The notes under the pieces are model-generated. The model saw only the letters and a list, made by a program, of their open reading frames with translations, ran no database searches and was not told the origin of the DNA. A stretch of 64,000 nucleotides of DNA from an uncultured Acidobacteriota bacterium (GTDB lineage Bacteria > Acidobacteriota > UBA6911 > RPQK01 > JAPXNP01), in the NCBI GenBank assembly GCA_963777605.1, contig CAVZRV010000007.1, positions 448,001 to 512,000 of the forward strand, given 5' to 3'. Below, piece by piece: positions 9,546 to 19,195 of this stretch. Within the stretch, counting starts at the first letter, position 1. Each line of letters starts with the position of its first letter. The position numbers were made by a program, and so were the translations under genes.

Positions 9546-10020
9546 TCAAGCGGCAGGCTGCGAATACTGGATAAGCCCCGCTCCGCGATAGAGGAAATAG
9601 AGAGCAACCAGGACCAGGCAGTGGAAAAGGTCGTTCTGATTGAAATGTTGATGAAAGCTGACCCTGAGCGCCGATTACGACTTCACCGAGTGCCGTGATG
9701 GCAATCCCGGCCAGAAGCCAGTCGCGCGCAGGCCCTATCGTCCCCACCAACGACCCGGCAACCATGAAACCAGCGCTCGATCCGATCAATACGAGCGTGA
9801 CGTCCCACAAGGCATGCAGCGTCGTTTCGGGAAGGACATTGCGAAAGCCGTGAAACGTCCCACCGGTCAAAGCCGCGAAACCGAGCAGAAACATTCCGAC
9901 GGGCCAGAGCCAGCCGGTCCTGCCATCAGCACCGTGCGGCAACAACAAAATCCCGTAAACGGCGCAACTCGCGGTGATCAGGTAGTCAGTCAGCGCTGTC
10001 GTTGGTTCGCTGAGGGTCAT
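9546..10020 (-). pseudogene. Multi-pass membrane protein (DUF6962-like) interrupted by a +1 frameshift near 9671
   Basis: N-term EPTTALTDY...GGTFHG; the C-term LRVSFHQHFNQNDLFHCLVLVALYFLYRG* lies in another frame ending at 9546; span is 3n+1. Confidence 0.7.
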
Positions 10021-10144
10021 GGGCGTAAGATTACCTCAAGTTGTTCCCATTTATGTCAGCAACCGGCAATCATTTGCAGGCGTATCGAACTTCGCGCCGC
10101 TTGCCGCGGATGCCAGTCGGCCGGATCAAACCGGCATTCAAACC

Positions 10145-11521
10145 ATGTCGATCGATTTTCGTGTCGGTGACTTTTTCGCACCGCGAACCATTCTTGATCT
10201 TCGGCGAACCCTGGAACGTACCCAGTGGCTGCCACGGGGAGAACTGGAAGAGTACCAGAGGAGGCGGCTCGCGGCAGTCCTGGATCATGCCCTGACCAAG
10301 GTTCCATACTACCGAAGACTGCTACGCCACCTCGGTCTGGCACGCTCCGATTTCAGAGATGTCGAGGATCTTCGACACCTCCCTCTGCTCCGCAAGAACG
10401 CCCTGCGACAATACCTGCCGAGCTTGCTTGCCGACGATTTCAAACGTTACCATCCCGTGCTCTGCACGACCAGCGGGACCTCCGGGGCTCCCCTCCGCTT
10501 TTTCATGGACCGCCGTTCGAACGCGCTCGAGTTCGTCTACTACTGGCGCCACTGGTCGTGGGCTGGGTACCGGCTCGGCGACCGCTTCGCCGAATTGAGC
10601 AACCACTTTTTCATAGCCCGGCCCCACCTTCGTAGTCGGGACTGGGTCTATCAGCCTCACCTGCGCCGACTGGTTCTGAACGGGCTCCGAATCTCGGCTC
10701 AGTCCGCTCCCCGGCTGGCCCAGGGGCTTCGCCGGTATCGCGTCAAATACCTGAAAGGATTGGCTTCCGGCCTCTACTTCTTTGCCCACAGCCTGGAGGA
10801 ACGCAGAATAAAGGACGTCGCACTTCGTGCAGTATTCTCAACCGGAGAACTGGTCACGGGAAAACACCGCTCCACCATCGAGGATGTCTTTTCCTGCAAA
10901 GTGCTCGACTCCTACGGCCACATGGAACGAACCGTAGCCGTTTCTCAGTGTGCCGACGGGGGATACCACATCAACAGCGACTACGGGGTGCTCCAACTCG
11001 GCAGCCGGCGGCAGGAAGGCGCGCACGAAATCGGCAGGGTGGTTGGGACGTCGCTCTACAACTACGCGATGCCCTTGATCCGCTACGATGTGGAAGATGA
11101 AATTGAACTGGCGACACCCGGAACTTCGTGCCCCTGTGGACGAACGCTTCCTCTGGTCTCTGCAATTCGGGGCCGGGTCGGTGATATCGTTGTCACCCCG
11201 GAAGGTGAGTTCGTCACCGCTCTTTTCATCATCCCGGAGATGATCCCGGAGGCCAAGTTCATCCAGTTCCACCAAACTGATGCAAGCACTCTCGAAGTCA
11301 GGGTCGTCCCCAGGCAAAGTCTCGCAGAGCACACTAAAGGCGAGATCGAGGACCGGGTCCGCTCGATGATCGGCGAATCCATGGAAGTCCGGATTTGGGC
11401 TGCAACAGAATCCGACCTGGTCCGGGGCAACTCGGGCAAGCTCCGCACCGTCATCGGCCTCGGGAGCGAAGGAAAAGATTTGACACCGCCGGCGCCGGCC
11501 GCCAACATTGTTGGCTCATAG
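10145..11521 (+). CDS. Phenylacetate-CoA ligase/CapK-like adenylate-forming enzyme
   Basis: TTSGTSGAP P-loop, DSYGHME, MPLIRY, CPCGRTLP. Confidence 0.88.
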   Translation: MSIDFRVGDFFAPRTILDLRRTLERTQWLPRGELEEYQRRRLAAVLDHALTKVPYYRRLLRHLGLARSDFRDVEDLRHLPLLRKNALRQYLPSLLADDFKRYHPVLCTTSGTSGAPLRFFMDRRSNALEFVYYWRHWSWAGYRLGDRFAELSNHFFIARPHLRSRDWVYQPHLRRLVLNGLRISAQSAPRLAQGLRRYRVKYLKGLASGLYFFAHSLEERRIKDVALRAVFSTGELVTGKHRSTIEDVFSCKVLDSYGHMERTVAVSQCADGGYHINSDYGVLQLGSRRQEGAHEIGRVVGTSLYNYAMPLIRYDVEDEIELATPGTSCPCGRTLPLVSAIRGRVGDIVVTPEGEFVTALFIIPEMIPEAKFIQFHQTDASTLEVRVVPRQSLAEHTKGEIEDRVRSMIGESMEVRIWAATESDLVRGNSGKLRTVIGLGSEGKDLTPPAPAANIVGS

Positions 11522-11575
11522 GCTCAGCGGAGAACTTCCGACGGAAGCTCGCCGTCAGAACACTTGAGAATTGTC

Positions 11576-12985
11576 ATGGCAGACGGTCCCGAACGACATC
11601 TTACTATTCTCGGAGGAGGGCCTGCGGGACTCTCGGTGGCTCACTACGCGCACCGGAATGGCCTTCCGTTCGTTCTCTTCGAGCGTGCCTCCGAGTTTGG
11701 TGGGTTGTGTCGAACCGAAACCTGTGCCAGCCACCGATTCGATACCGGGGCTCACCGGTTTCACGATCAGGACAGCGAGATCACCACTGATCTGAAAGGG
11801 CTCATCGGCAGCGAACTCCGGTCGATTTCCAAGCCCAGCAAAGTCTGGCTATCGGGCCGTTTTGCCGATTTCCCTCCAACCCCGGCAAATCTGGTTCTGT
11901 CGGGGGGAATCTTCAACGCTTCCAGGATTGGATGGGATCTGCTTAAGACGCGCTTCCAGGACAAGGGGCAGGAACCGGTCTCCTTCGCGGACCTTGCCGT
12001 TCGAAGTTTCGGGCGCACTCTGGCGGAGCAGTTCCTGCTCAACTACTCAGCCAAGGTCTGGGGGTTGCCGGCCGAGCAACTCTCTCCCGCCGTCGCCACC
12101 CGACGTTTGTCCGGGATGACTTTGAAAACCCTGGTCACCGAACTGTTCCAACCGGGCCGCAAGACGACTCACCTGGACGGTCAGTTCCTTTATCCGCGCG
12201 GAGGCTACGGCCGAATTATGGACGCCATCCTGGAAGGTCTCCCCGCCGACAGCCTGTACAGCAATCATGAAGTGTGCGGCATCGACCTCTCCAGCGGCAG
12301 CATCAGCCGGATCCGGTTTGCTGACGGAACGAGCCGGGAGGTCCAGGACCGTGTCGTCTGGACGCTGCCTTTGACCCTGGCAGTCCGGCTTCTCGGCTCC
12401 AGGGTCTTCACCAAGGAGGCGATCTCATATGCCGGTGAGCTTCGATTTCGCCAAATCAGGCTGCTCTATTTCCGCATCAGTCGGTCCCGATTCTCGGACA
12501 ACGCGTCCATCTACATTCCCGACCCACAATATTGTCTCTCGCGGATCTACGAACCGAAGAACCGTTGCGAGACTATGGCCCCGGCAAACGAAACCGGCCT
12601 GGCCGTTGAAGTTCCCTGCTTTGCCGGAGACGATCTCGATCAATTGCCGGACGAAGAACTCAAGCACCGCATCACAGCAGAGATGGTGCAACTCGGCCTG
12701 ATCCGTCCTTCTGAGATCCTGGGCTGGCGTCACCTGCTCCTCCCCAACGCATACCCGGTCTACTCCCTGGGTTTTGCTGATCAAGTGGACTTGATAGCCC
12801 GGCAGGCTTCCCAGGTCCAAAATCTGGAATTGCTGGGAAGAAACGGAACCTTCTTTTACAGCCACCTCCACAACCAGATGAGGTTTGCGAAGGATCTAAT
12901 CCGGCGAATAGGCGCTGAAACTCCGCAGGTTTCAACAAATGCAGGCTACCAGGGATCAGACCGGTCATCGGGCACTTTTGGATAG
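11576..12985 (+). CDS. FAD-dependent oxidoreductase (protoporphyrinogen oxidase/UDP-galactopyranose mutase-like family)
   Basis: ILGGGPAGL dinucleotide-binding motif, GGLCRT, FDTGAHRF, FLYPRGGYG, AYPVY, LGRNGTFFY. Confidence 0.85.
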   Translation: MADGPERHLTILGGGPAGLSVAHYAHRNGLPFVLFERASEFGGLCRTETCASHRFDTGAHRFHDQDSEITTDLKGLIGSELRSISKPSKVWLSGRFADFPPTPANLVLSGGIFNASRIGWDLLKTRFQDKGQEPVSFADLAVRSFGRTLAEQFLLNYSAKVWGLPAEQLSPAVATRRLSGMTLKTLVTELFQPGRKTTHLDGQFLYPRGGYGRIMDAILEGLPADSLYSNHEVCGIDLSSGSISRIRFADGTSREVQDRVVWTLPLTLAVRLLGSRVFTKEAISYAGELRFRQIRLLYFRISRSRFSDNASIYIPDPQYCLSRIYEPKNRCETMAPANETGLAVEVPCFAGDDLDQLPDEELKHRITAEMVQLGLIRPSEILGWRHLLLPNAYPVYSLGFADQVDLIARQASQVQNLELLGRNGTFFYSHLHNQMRFAKDLIRRIGAETPQVSTNAGYQGSDRSSGTFG

Positions 12986-14249
12986 GCTGTCGCAGAATTC
13001 GTCGGCGAAAGGCATCCTGAGGAAGTTGGGAGAACGCCCCCTTCCGCTGATCGCTGTCGTCTTCTTCCTATCTTCTCTCGTCACCGGGCCACTCGATCCC
13101 AAGACTGCAGCCGACTCCTTCCACTGGAGAGTCGGCCCGATCTACGTCGGCCGACCGGTTTCCTTCTGGGGAGACACGCCGCATTACCTGCTTATCGTCA
13201 ACAGCATTATCGAAGATGGTGATTTCGACGTGGCCAACAATTACGCCCAGGCTGAGCAGGGGGACTGGGACCAGGGGACCCGCTTCAAAGGCAAACCGAT
13301 CGATCACCATGTCGATCGGGATACGGTCGGCCAGGAACTCTCGTATCACGCTCCGTTCCTCCCCCTTCTGCTCGCAGCGTTTTGCTGGCCCTTCCGAGAG
13401 ACTCAGTGGGTCGAGTCGGTCTGCATTTGGCTCACACTCGCGGTGTCGATCATTTCCCTTGGGTTCCTGTCGAAGCGATTCTCAAAAGGAAACAGCATTG
13501 TGCTACTGCTGGCATTTGCCACGCCGCTCTGGTGCTACAGCAGGGATGTCTGGACCGAACCCTGGATTATGGCCGCCTGGATCTTGATGTTGACGTTCAG
13601 CAACCCCTGGGTGCAAGCCGTCGCAGCGATCGCCGGCATTCTCTTCAAGTATTCTTTCGCCGTCGTGCCGGCAACGTTCGCCCTGGTTGCCATCTATCGG
13701 AAGGACTGGCGACGGGCGCTGATTATCGGCGGCGCTTCGGTGGTGGCGGTCCTGTTCGCATTCGGATTCATCCAGCTCCTGTTTCGCCACACCGATCATT
13801 TCAGTCTCTTCCACCTGGGAGCCCACGGCCTTCCTGGTCAAAGGGAACGGTTCGGCCCCTTTACGCTCCGGTCGGCCGGTTTGATCGGTCTGCTGCTTTC
13901 TCCTAAGGACGGGATCCTGCCGTTCAGCCCATTTCTGGCCTGGGGTTTTTGGAATTTTCGGAGGGGCGGCGCGGTCTTTCTGCCGGCGCTGTCCTTCTTC
14001 GCACTGCACGGTTTCTATTACGGCTGGAAGGCCGGCAGCGGCTTTTCAGCCCGCTACCTCGTACCCATGCTGCCGGTCATGGTCTATGGGGCGGTGCTCT
14101 CGGGCCGCCGGCCCCGGAGCCTTTTCTGGGTGTTCGTTATTTACTCGGCCGTGGTCTGCGGCATCGCCGGACTGCTTCCCTCTGCGGCCTACGATCGAAG
14201 CGTTCCTGAAATCTTCGGTTTCCTCTGGTCGGAGATTCAACTTCCCTGA
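12939..14249 (+). CDS. Polytopic membrane protein, GT-C/PMT-like glycosyltransferase candidate
   Basis: About 10 hydrophobic segments; GDTPHY...SIIEDGD extracytoplasmic loop; ARYLVPMLP late motif. Confidence 0.65.
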   Translation: MQATRDQTGHRALLDRLSQNSSAKGILRKLGERPLPLIAVVFFLSSLVTGPLDPKTAADSFHWRVGPIYVGRPVSFWGDTPHYLLIVNSIIEDGDFDVANNYAQAEQGDWDQGTRFKGKPIDHHVDRDTVGQELSYHAPFLPLLLAAFCWPFRETQWVESVCIWLTLAVSIISLGFLSKRFSKGNSIVLLLAFATPLWCYSRDVWTEPWIMAAWILMLTFSNPWVQAVAAIAGILFKYSFAVVPATFALVAIYRKDWRRALIIGGASVVAVLFAFGFIQLLFRHTDHFSLFHLGAHGLPGQRERFGPFTLRSAGLIGLLLSPKDGILPFSPFLAWGFWNFRRGGAVFLPALSFFALHGFYYGWKAGSGFSARYLVPMLPVMVYGAVLSGRRPRSLFWVFVIYSAVVCGIAGLLPSAAYDRSVPEIFGFLWSEIQLP

Positions 14250-14290
14250 GCCTCTGGTTCAAGACCGGCAGCTTGAGTACCATAGGTGGC

Positions 14291-14554
14291 GTGACCGACT
14301 ACGAGCTCGAGCTGGCAGTGAAACAGATCCTGGTCGAAGACCTTCAACTGACATCCGAATCCGTTGAGAGCCTTGGACCCGACACCCCGTTGCTCGGGCG
14401 TGGACTCGGGCTGGATTCGATGGAAGCCCTCACGCTGGCCACATCCCTGGAACAACGTTTTGAAATCCAGATCCTCGACCCCGAACTGACTCCTTCCCTG
14501 TTCAACAGTTTTTCAGCCCTCGTCCAGTTTGTCCGCGGCAAGCTCGACGGGTAG
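14291..14554 (+). CDS. Acyl carrier protein
   Basis: GLGLDSMEAL phosphopantetheine attachment motif; acidic 87 aa; GTG start. Confidence 0.9.
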   Translation: MTDYELELAVKQILVEDLQLTSESVESLGPDTPLLGRGLGLDSMEALTLATSLEQRFEIQILDPELTPSLFNSFSALVQFVRGKLDG

Positions 14555-14586
14555 CTCGAAGAGATATTCCCTGGTGAGACCAACCA

Positions 14587-16065
14587 ATGAAGACAGTCGC
14601 CGAGATTCTCCCTTCAATTGCCGAAAGAACCCCACGTCAGACCGCCATCGTCGATGGCCCAAAGCGCCTCGACTACCGCCAACTCGACCTCAGCACCCGC
14701 CACCTGGCGATACGACTTCGTGAACTCGGAGTCGAGACCGGCGATCGGGTCGGGCTCTTGCTCCCCAACAGCCTCGAATTCGTCACCGCGTATTTCGGAG
14801 CGGTTGCTGCTGGTGCAGTCGTCGTCCCGCTGAACGAACACTACCAGGAAACCGAATTGCGCTACTTCACCGAACAGTGCGGACTCAAAGTTCTGCTGAC
14901 TTCGGCGCAGCATCGGGACCTGTGCGGCCGCGTCCTGGAGGAGGCGTCTCAGCCCTGCCTGCCGTTCTTCGTGGAGAAGTGGATCAACGAGACACCGCTG
15001 GTCGAACCGGATCGAACTTTATGGGCACGGCCCGATTTGCCAGTGATGTATCAGTTTTCATCGGGCTCAACCGGAGCACCCAAGAGGATTGCCCGAGACC
15101 ATGCCCGCATCCTCTTCGAGTTGGAGAGCTTTCGCACCACGATGGGAATCCGGAGCGAGGACCGGTTCATTGGGGTCGCTCCTTTCTCCCACGTGAACGG
15201 GTTGATGAGAAGCATGATGTCTTCGCTCTACGCCGGCGCCACGCTCTTTCCAGTCTCTCGTTTCGATCGACACGGCGTCGCCGAGCTAGTTGAGCGGGAG
15301 CGCACCAGCATCTTCATCGCCGTTCCATTCATGTTCGGAATGCTGGCCAAAACCCGATTCACCAGGCAACCCGACTTCTCATCACTTCGGCTCTGCGTCT
15401 CCGCCAGCGCGCCTATGCCGGTGAATCTCAATCAGGAGTTTGAACGACGTTTCGGTCGTTTTGTGCGACAGCTCTACGGATCTACTGAAACCGGGACGAT
15501 CAGCGTCAACCTCAGTGCGGACGTGTCCGAATCTCTCGAAACGGTGGGCACTCCCATCCGGGGAGTCCGTGTCGGGAGCTTCTCGGAGACCGGAGAACTG
15601 CTCGAGCCGGGAGCGGAAGGAGAACTCGGCATCTGCAGCCCCGGGGCGATCAGCGGCTACGAGGACCTCGAGGAAGTGAACCGCGAGGTCTTCCGCGATG
15701 GGTTCTTTCTGACCGGTGACATCGGCAGGATCAACGCTCGGGGTGAAATTACCTTGCTGGGAAGAAAGAAATTTTTCATCAACAAGGGAGGCTACAAGAT
15801 CAATCCACAGGAAATCGAGAGCCTTCTTGAAACCCATCCCGCAGTAGAAGAGGTCGCGGTGGTCGGAGTTCCGACGGCCTTTGAAGATGAGAAAGTCAAA
15901 GCCGTGATCATCAAGAAAGGCGAAGTCACTGCAGATGAACTGGTTGAATACTGCAGGGAGAAGATTGCCGACTTCAAAATTCCCAGTGTGTTGGAGTTTC
16001 GCGAGGCCCTTCCCAAGAGTTCGACCGGGAAGATCCGGAAGAAGTTGCTGGTCGAGAACCCATGA
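14587..16065 (+). CDS. AMP-dependent acyl-CoA/acyl-ACP ligase (class I adenylate-forming)
   Basis: FSSGSTGAPK, YGSTE, TGDIG, GYKINPQEIE, LPKSSTGKI. Confidence 0.93.
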   Translation: MKTVAEILPSIAERTPRQTAIVDGPKRLDYRQLDLSTRHLAIRLRELGVETGDRVGLLLPNSLEFVTAYFGAVAAGAVVVPLNEHYQETELRYFTEQCGLKVLLTSAQHRDLCGRVLEEASQPCLPFFVEKWINETPLVEPDRTLWARPDLPVMYQFSSGSTGAPKRIARDHARILFELESFRTTMGIRSEDRFIGVAPFSHVNGLMRSMMSSLYAGATLFPVSRFDRHGVAELVERERTSIFIAVPFMFGMLAKTRFTRQPDFSSLRLCVSASAPMPVNLNQEFERRFGRFVRQLYGSTETGTISVNLSADVSESLETVGTPIRGVRVGSFSETGELLEPGAEGELGICSPGAISGYEDLEEVNREVFRDGFFLTGDIGRINARGEITLLGRKKFFINKGGYKINPQEIESLLETHPAVEEVAVVGVPTAFEDEKVKAVIIKKGEVTADELVEYCREKIADFKIPSVLEFREALPKSSTGKIRKKLLVENP

Positions 16066-17025
16066 ACCTTTCGCCCCCGGCCCACCTGATCTACTGCTTT
16101 GTGGTAGCCTCCCTGGTCGGAGCCACCGGCCGCATCGGCTCGGACACATTACGCGAGGCAGTCGTCCGGATACTTGGATCTGTCGCATTCCGCCTTTCAT
16201 CAGAAAAGCGGGAGGATGCCCGCGCCGGGTTGCATGCCTTCTTCGGCGACTCGAAACAGGGCCAAGACCTGATTGTGCGAGAGAGTTTTCGGTTCTTCTG
16301 GGAGGAACTGTTCTGGCTCTCACCAACAAGACGAGAACGCCGGCTCGCGAGAGACGCAGCGATTCGAGGGATCGATCATCTGAAGTCAGCCCTTGACCAG
16401 GGGAAGGGAGCGATCCTGATCGAGAGCAACAGCTTCGGCTACCGCAGTGCGGCCAAGCAGGTTCTCCGCAGAAGTGGCTATTCGATGGCCCAAATCCATG
16501 CCGAGAGTCACCTGGGCGGACTCCGCAATCGGGCTCCGGCCGGCGGTGCCAGCAGGGAAAAGATTCGGAACATCTTCGAATCCTGGGAGCGCCGATTCAT
16601 CGACGAATTCGTCTACATTCCTTCCGAACCCAATCTCGCCTATGGCCGGACGTTGAAGACGAATGCTCGCCGAGAATCGGATCATCTGCAGCGCAGGTGA
16701 CGGAGACTGGGGAGAGAGGCTGCTTCCGATTCCCTTCCTGGGCGGGATCCGCCATTTCCCGACCGGCATGGTGAGCTTGTCCCGCATTACGGGAGCGCCC
16801 ATCCTCCCTCTGTTTGCAGTCCGGGAACCGAACGGAAATCTTGAAATCGTGCTGGAAGCTCCCCTTCAGATCGGCCCCGGAACCACCCGGGAATCGGCGC
16901 CGCGGGAGGCACTGGCAGAATTTGCCGGCGTGTTGGAATCGTGGATATCGAAGTATCCCGGGCTTTACCGAAACTGGCAGAGCGCGGCTCAAACCCAGGT
17001 TCGAAACCCAAAGACTCCCCAGTAA
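16062..17025 (+). pseudogene. LpxL/HtrB-type lysophospholipid acyltransferase split by a +1 frameshift near 16662
   Basis: GIDHLKSALDQGKGAILI in ORF 16062-16700; IPFLG...FPTGMVSLSRITGAPILPLF...LESWISKYPGLY..W in ORF 16663-17025; span is 3n+1. Confidence 0.75.
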
Positions 17026-18827
17026 ACCAAGTACGAAGCAACCAGCACCGCACTCAGTGCGGCAACCAGGGAGAAAAGCCAGACATTCGAACTCGAGTGG
17101 TTCCGCCATCGGAGGAGAACCGCACCGAGCGCGAGCACTGCACTGACGGGACATGCCAGGCTCCCTACAAAAAGCAGACCGGAAATCCAGGTCAGACGCC
17201 CGAAACTCTCAACCATGTCTCCCCGACCGATGACCAGGGGGAGCACGACGGCCGCCACCGAAACGGCCGCCAGCGACGGGAACACCAGCGGCAAGAATTC
17301 CCCGGAGCCGGCTCCGCGACGAATGCTCCGGCCGGCCGAGAACAGGACCGCAAAGGCCAGCCAGGCCCCGAGTACTCCCAGTCCGACGACTCCACCAATG
17401 CGCTCGAGCCATACCAGCCCGCCGGAAGCGCGGAAGAAGCTCCCCTGGAAATACTCGCTAAACCCTTCCACCACAGTCCGCCCATCCGGTCCCCTGGAAA
17501 AGACCACGGTAGGCAGGGGCTCTCCCTCGGCCCTGAACCGTCGATCGGTCACCGGGAAGAGTTGGACCTCGGACCCGCCCTGCGAATCCACGAGAAGCTT
17601 CCCCTGAAGGTATTCAATGTAGTTCACGTCCAGGATACGCAGAAAAAACCTGGTCCATGCCCAGCGGAAGGTCAAAGGCCGATAGTACCCATCCACCGCC
17701 GCCAGCCGGTTGGCCGGAAGGTCAACAAACAGCGGCTGCGGAGGCTCCAATCTGGATGTGCAAAACCGCTCCAGGCTGCCGACCAGCGTCGAAAAATCCG
17801 CTCCACTCGTCCCCCGCGCCAGGACCGCGAATCCGAGGCCGTGCTGGGGAAGATACCGGAAAGCTGCGTAGTCCGAATCCAGGCCGCTCTGGGCTCCGTG
17901 AAAGACGAAGCCGTTGGCCGGGAAGGTTCGAATGCCCAATCCGAACCCCACCTGGAGCCCATTGCGGAACGCGTCAGAAGTTGCCGGGGTTTCCAAACGC
18001 TGCACGTCACTCTCGGCGAGATAGTCCGCTCCGGCAACCTTTCCACGATCAAGGAACATCTGAAGCAGAGCAGAAATATCCCTGGCGGATGCTTCCAGGC
18101 CCAGAACGGGCCAAAGGTTCCCACCTTTCAGACCGGTCGCGCCACTCTCCCCGTGCCGGTATCGGGCCGACATGCGGAGCGGGTCGAAAACGGCACTCTT
18201 AATCCAATCCTGGAAAGGCTGTTGGCCAATTTCCTCCGCCACCAATGCAGCCACCATCGGCCCCGTCATGACCGGGTCGCTGAACCGTCCGGGCCGGTTG
18301 AGACAAACCAGGGAGTCGGAATCGCGCAACAAGGTGTCCCGGATCGAACCCGACGTCTCTCCGGAGCCGGCATATTCCCTCATCGGCAGGTCCTGGAAAC
18401 CCGCGGTGTGTTCCAGGAGATGTTCGACCCGCAACGGTTCGGTTGACGCCCAGAAATTCTGGATGGGAAGATCAGGAACCACCGTGTCGAGGCGGGCGTC
18501 AACGACCGGCATACCTCTCTCCGAAAGACGCATCAAGCCGACCGCGAGAAGACTCTGGGCAACTGTCCCGACATTGAAGCGAGTCTCAGGGTTTGCCGTC
18601 GTCCCACCCGGAGATGATTCACAGACAAAAACCGGCTCGCCTCCCCGCGCGGACAGGGCCACACAAATTGCTGAAAAGGATCCACTTTCGACGAAGCTCT
18701 TCAGTTGGGGCCCGATCTCATCGACCGGAGGCAAAGCGGGGTTGGCAGGTTCAGGTGCCGATTGCGCCCACCCCATGCCTCCAAACAGACCCATCAGAAC
18801 AAGCAATAGAACCAATAAATTTCGCAT
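16989..18827 (-). CDS. Beta-lactamase-like serine hydrolase fold protein with C-terminal TM helices; catalytic motifs degenerate
   Basis: PETRFNVGTVAQ (SxxK position), LRVEHLLEHTAGF, FDPLRM; signal peptide; 4 C-terminal hydrophobic helices. Confidence 0.8.
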   Translation of the reverse strand: MRNLLVLLLVLMGLFGGMGWAQSAPEPANPALPPVDEIGPQLKSFVESGSFSAICVALSARGGEPVFVCESSPGGTTANPETRFNVGTVAQSLLAVGLMRLSERGMPVVDARLDTVVPDLPIQNFWASTEPLRVEHLLEHTAGFQDLPMREYAGSGETSGSIRDTLLRDSDSLVCLNRPGRFSDPVMTGPMVAALVAEEIGQQPFQDWIKSAVFDPLRMSARYRHGESGATGLKGGNLWPVLGLEASARDISALLQMFLDRGKVAGADYLAESDVQRLETPATSDAFRNGLQVGFGLGIRTFPANGFVFHGAQSGLDSDYAAFRYLPQHGLGFAVLARGTSGADFSTLVGSLERFCTSRLEPPQPLFVDLPANRLAAVDGYYRPLTFRWAWTRFFLRILDVNYIEYLQGKLLVDSQGGSEVQLFPVTDRRFRAEGEPLPTVVFSRGPDGRTVVEGFSEYFQGSFFRASGGLVWLERIGGVVGLGVLGAWLAFAVLFSAGRSIRRGAGSGEFLPLVFPSLAAVSVAAVVLPLVIGRGDMVESFGRLTWISGLLFVGSLACPVSAVLALGAVLLRWRNHSSSNVWLFSLVAALSAVLVASYLVYWGVFGFRTWV

Positions 18828-18918
18828 TTGTGAACTGGGACCTCAAGCAAAAGTCTATTGCTCTGAGGAGGTTGAGTCAACAAACGGGGGGGACTGCGGC
18901 CGGCCTGCGGACGAGACC

Positions 18919-19158
18919 TCAGCCCCCTACAGGCTCGGCCGGGGCGGCTACGACCGGGGCGGGTAGGAGATCGACAGAAGGACCTGATCCATTTCGGGTT
19001 TTCAGAAGAAACGTCGTCACGGAGTCAAGAAAGCTGAGTGGAAAGGCCCCCCCACAAAGGAGGCAGCTCAAACTGAGCAGCCTGCCGCTCGTACTGTAAC
19101 GGTACAACATCGCCGTACGGCAAGCCGGACACGGAACGAATATCTCACCTTGTTCCAT
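18919..19158 (-). CDS. Small zinc-ribbon-like protein
   Basis: CPAC-x18-CLLC in a 79-aa ORF; follows the pentapeptide gene on the same strand. Confidence 0.5.
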   Translation of the reverse strand: MEQGEIFVPCPACRTAMLYRYSTSGRLLSLSCLLCGGAFPLSFLDSVTTFLLKTRNGSGPSVDLLPAPVVAAPAEPVGG

Positions 19159-19195
19159 CGAATGCGGATTATAGAACATTCGAGATGACAGCTTG

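Noticed and set aside
8398-10020. 540-aa CorA fusion protein
   Set aside because: Explained by a +1 frameshift in the upstream gene; CorA has its own typical N-terminus at 9468
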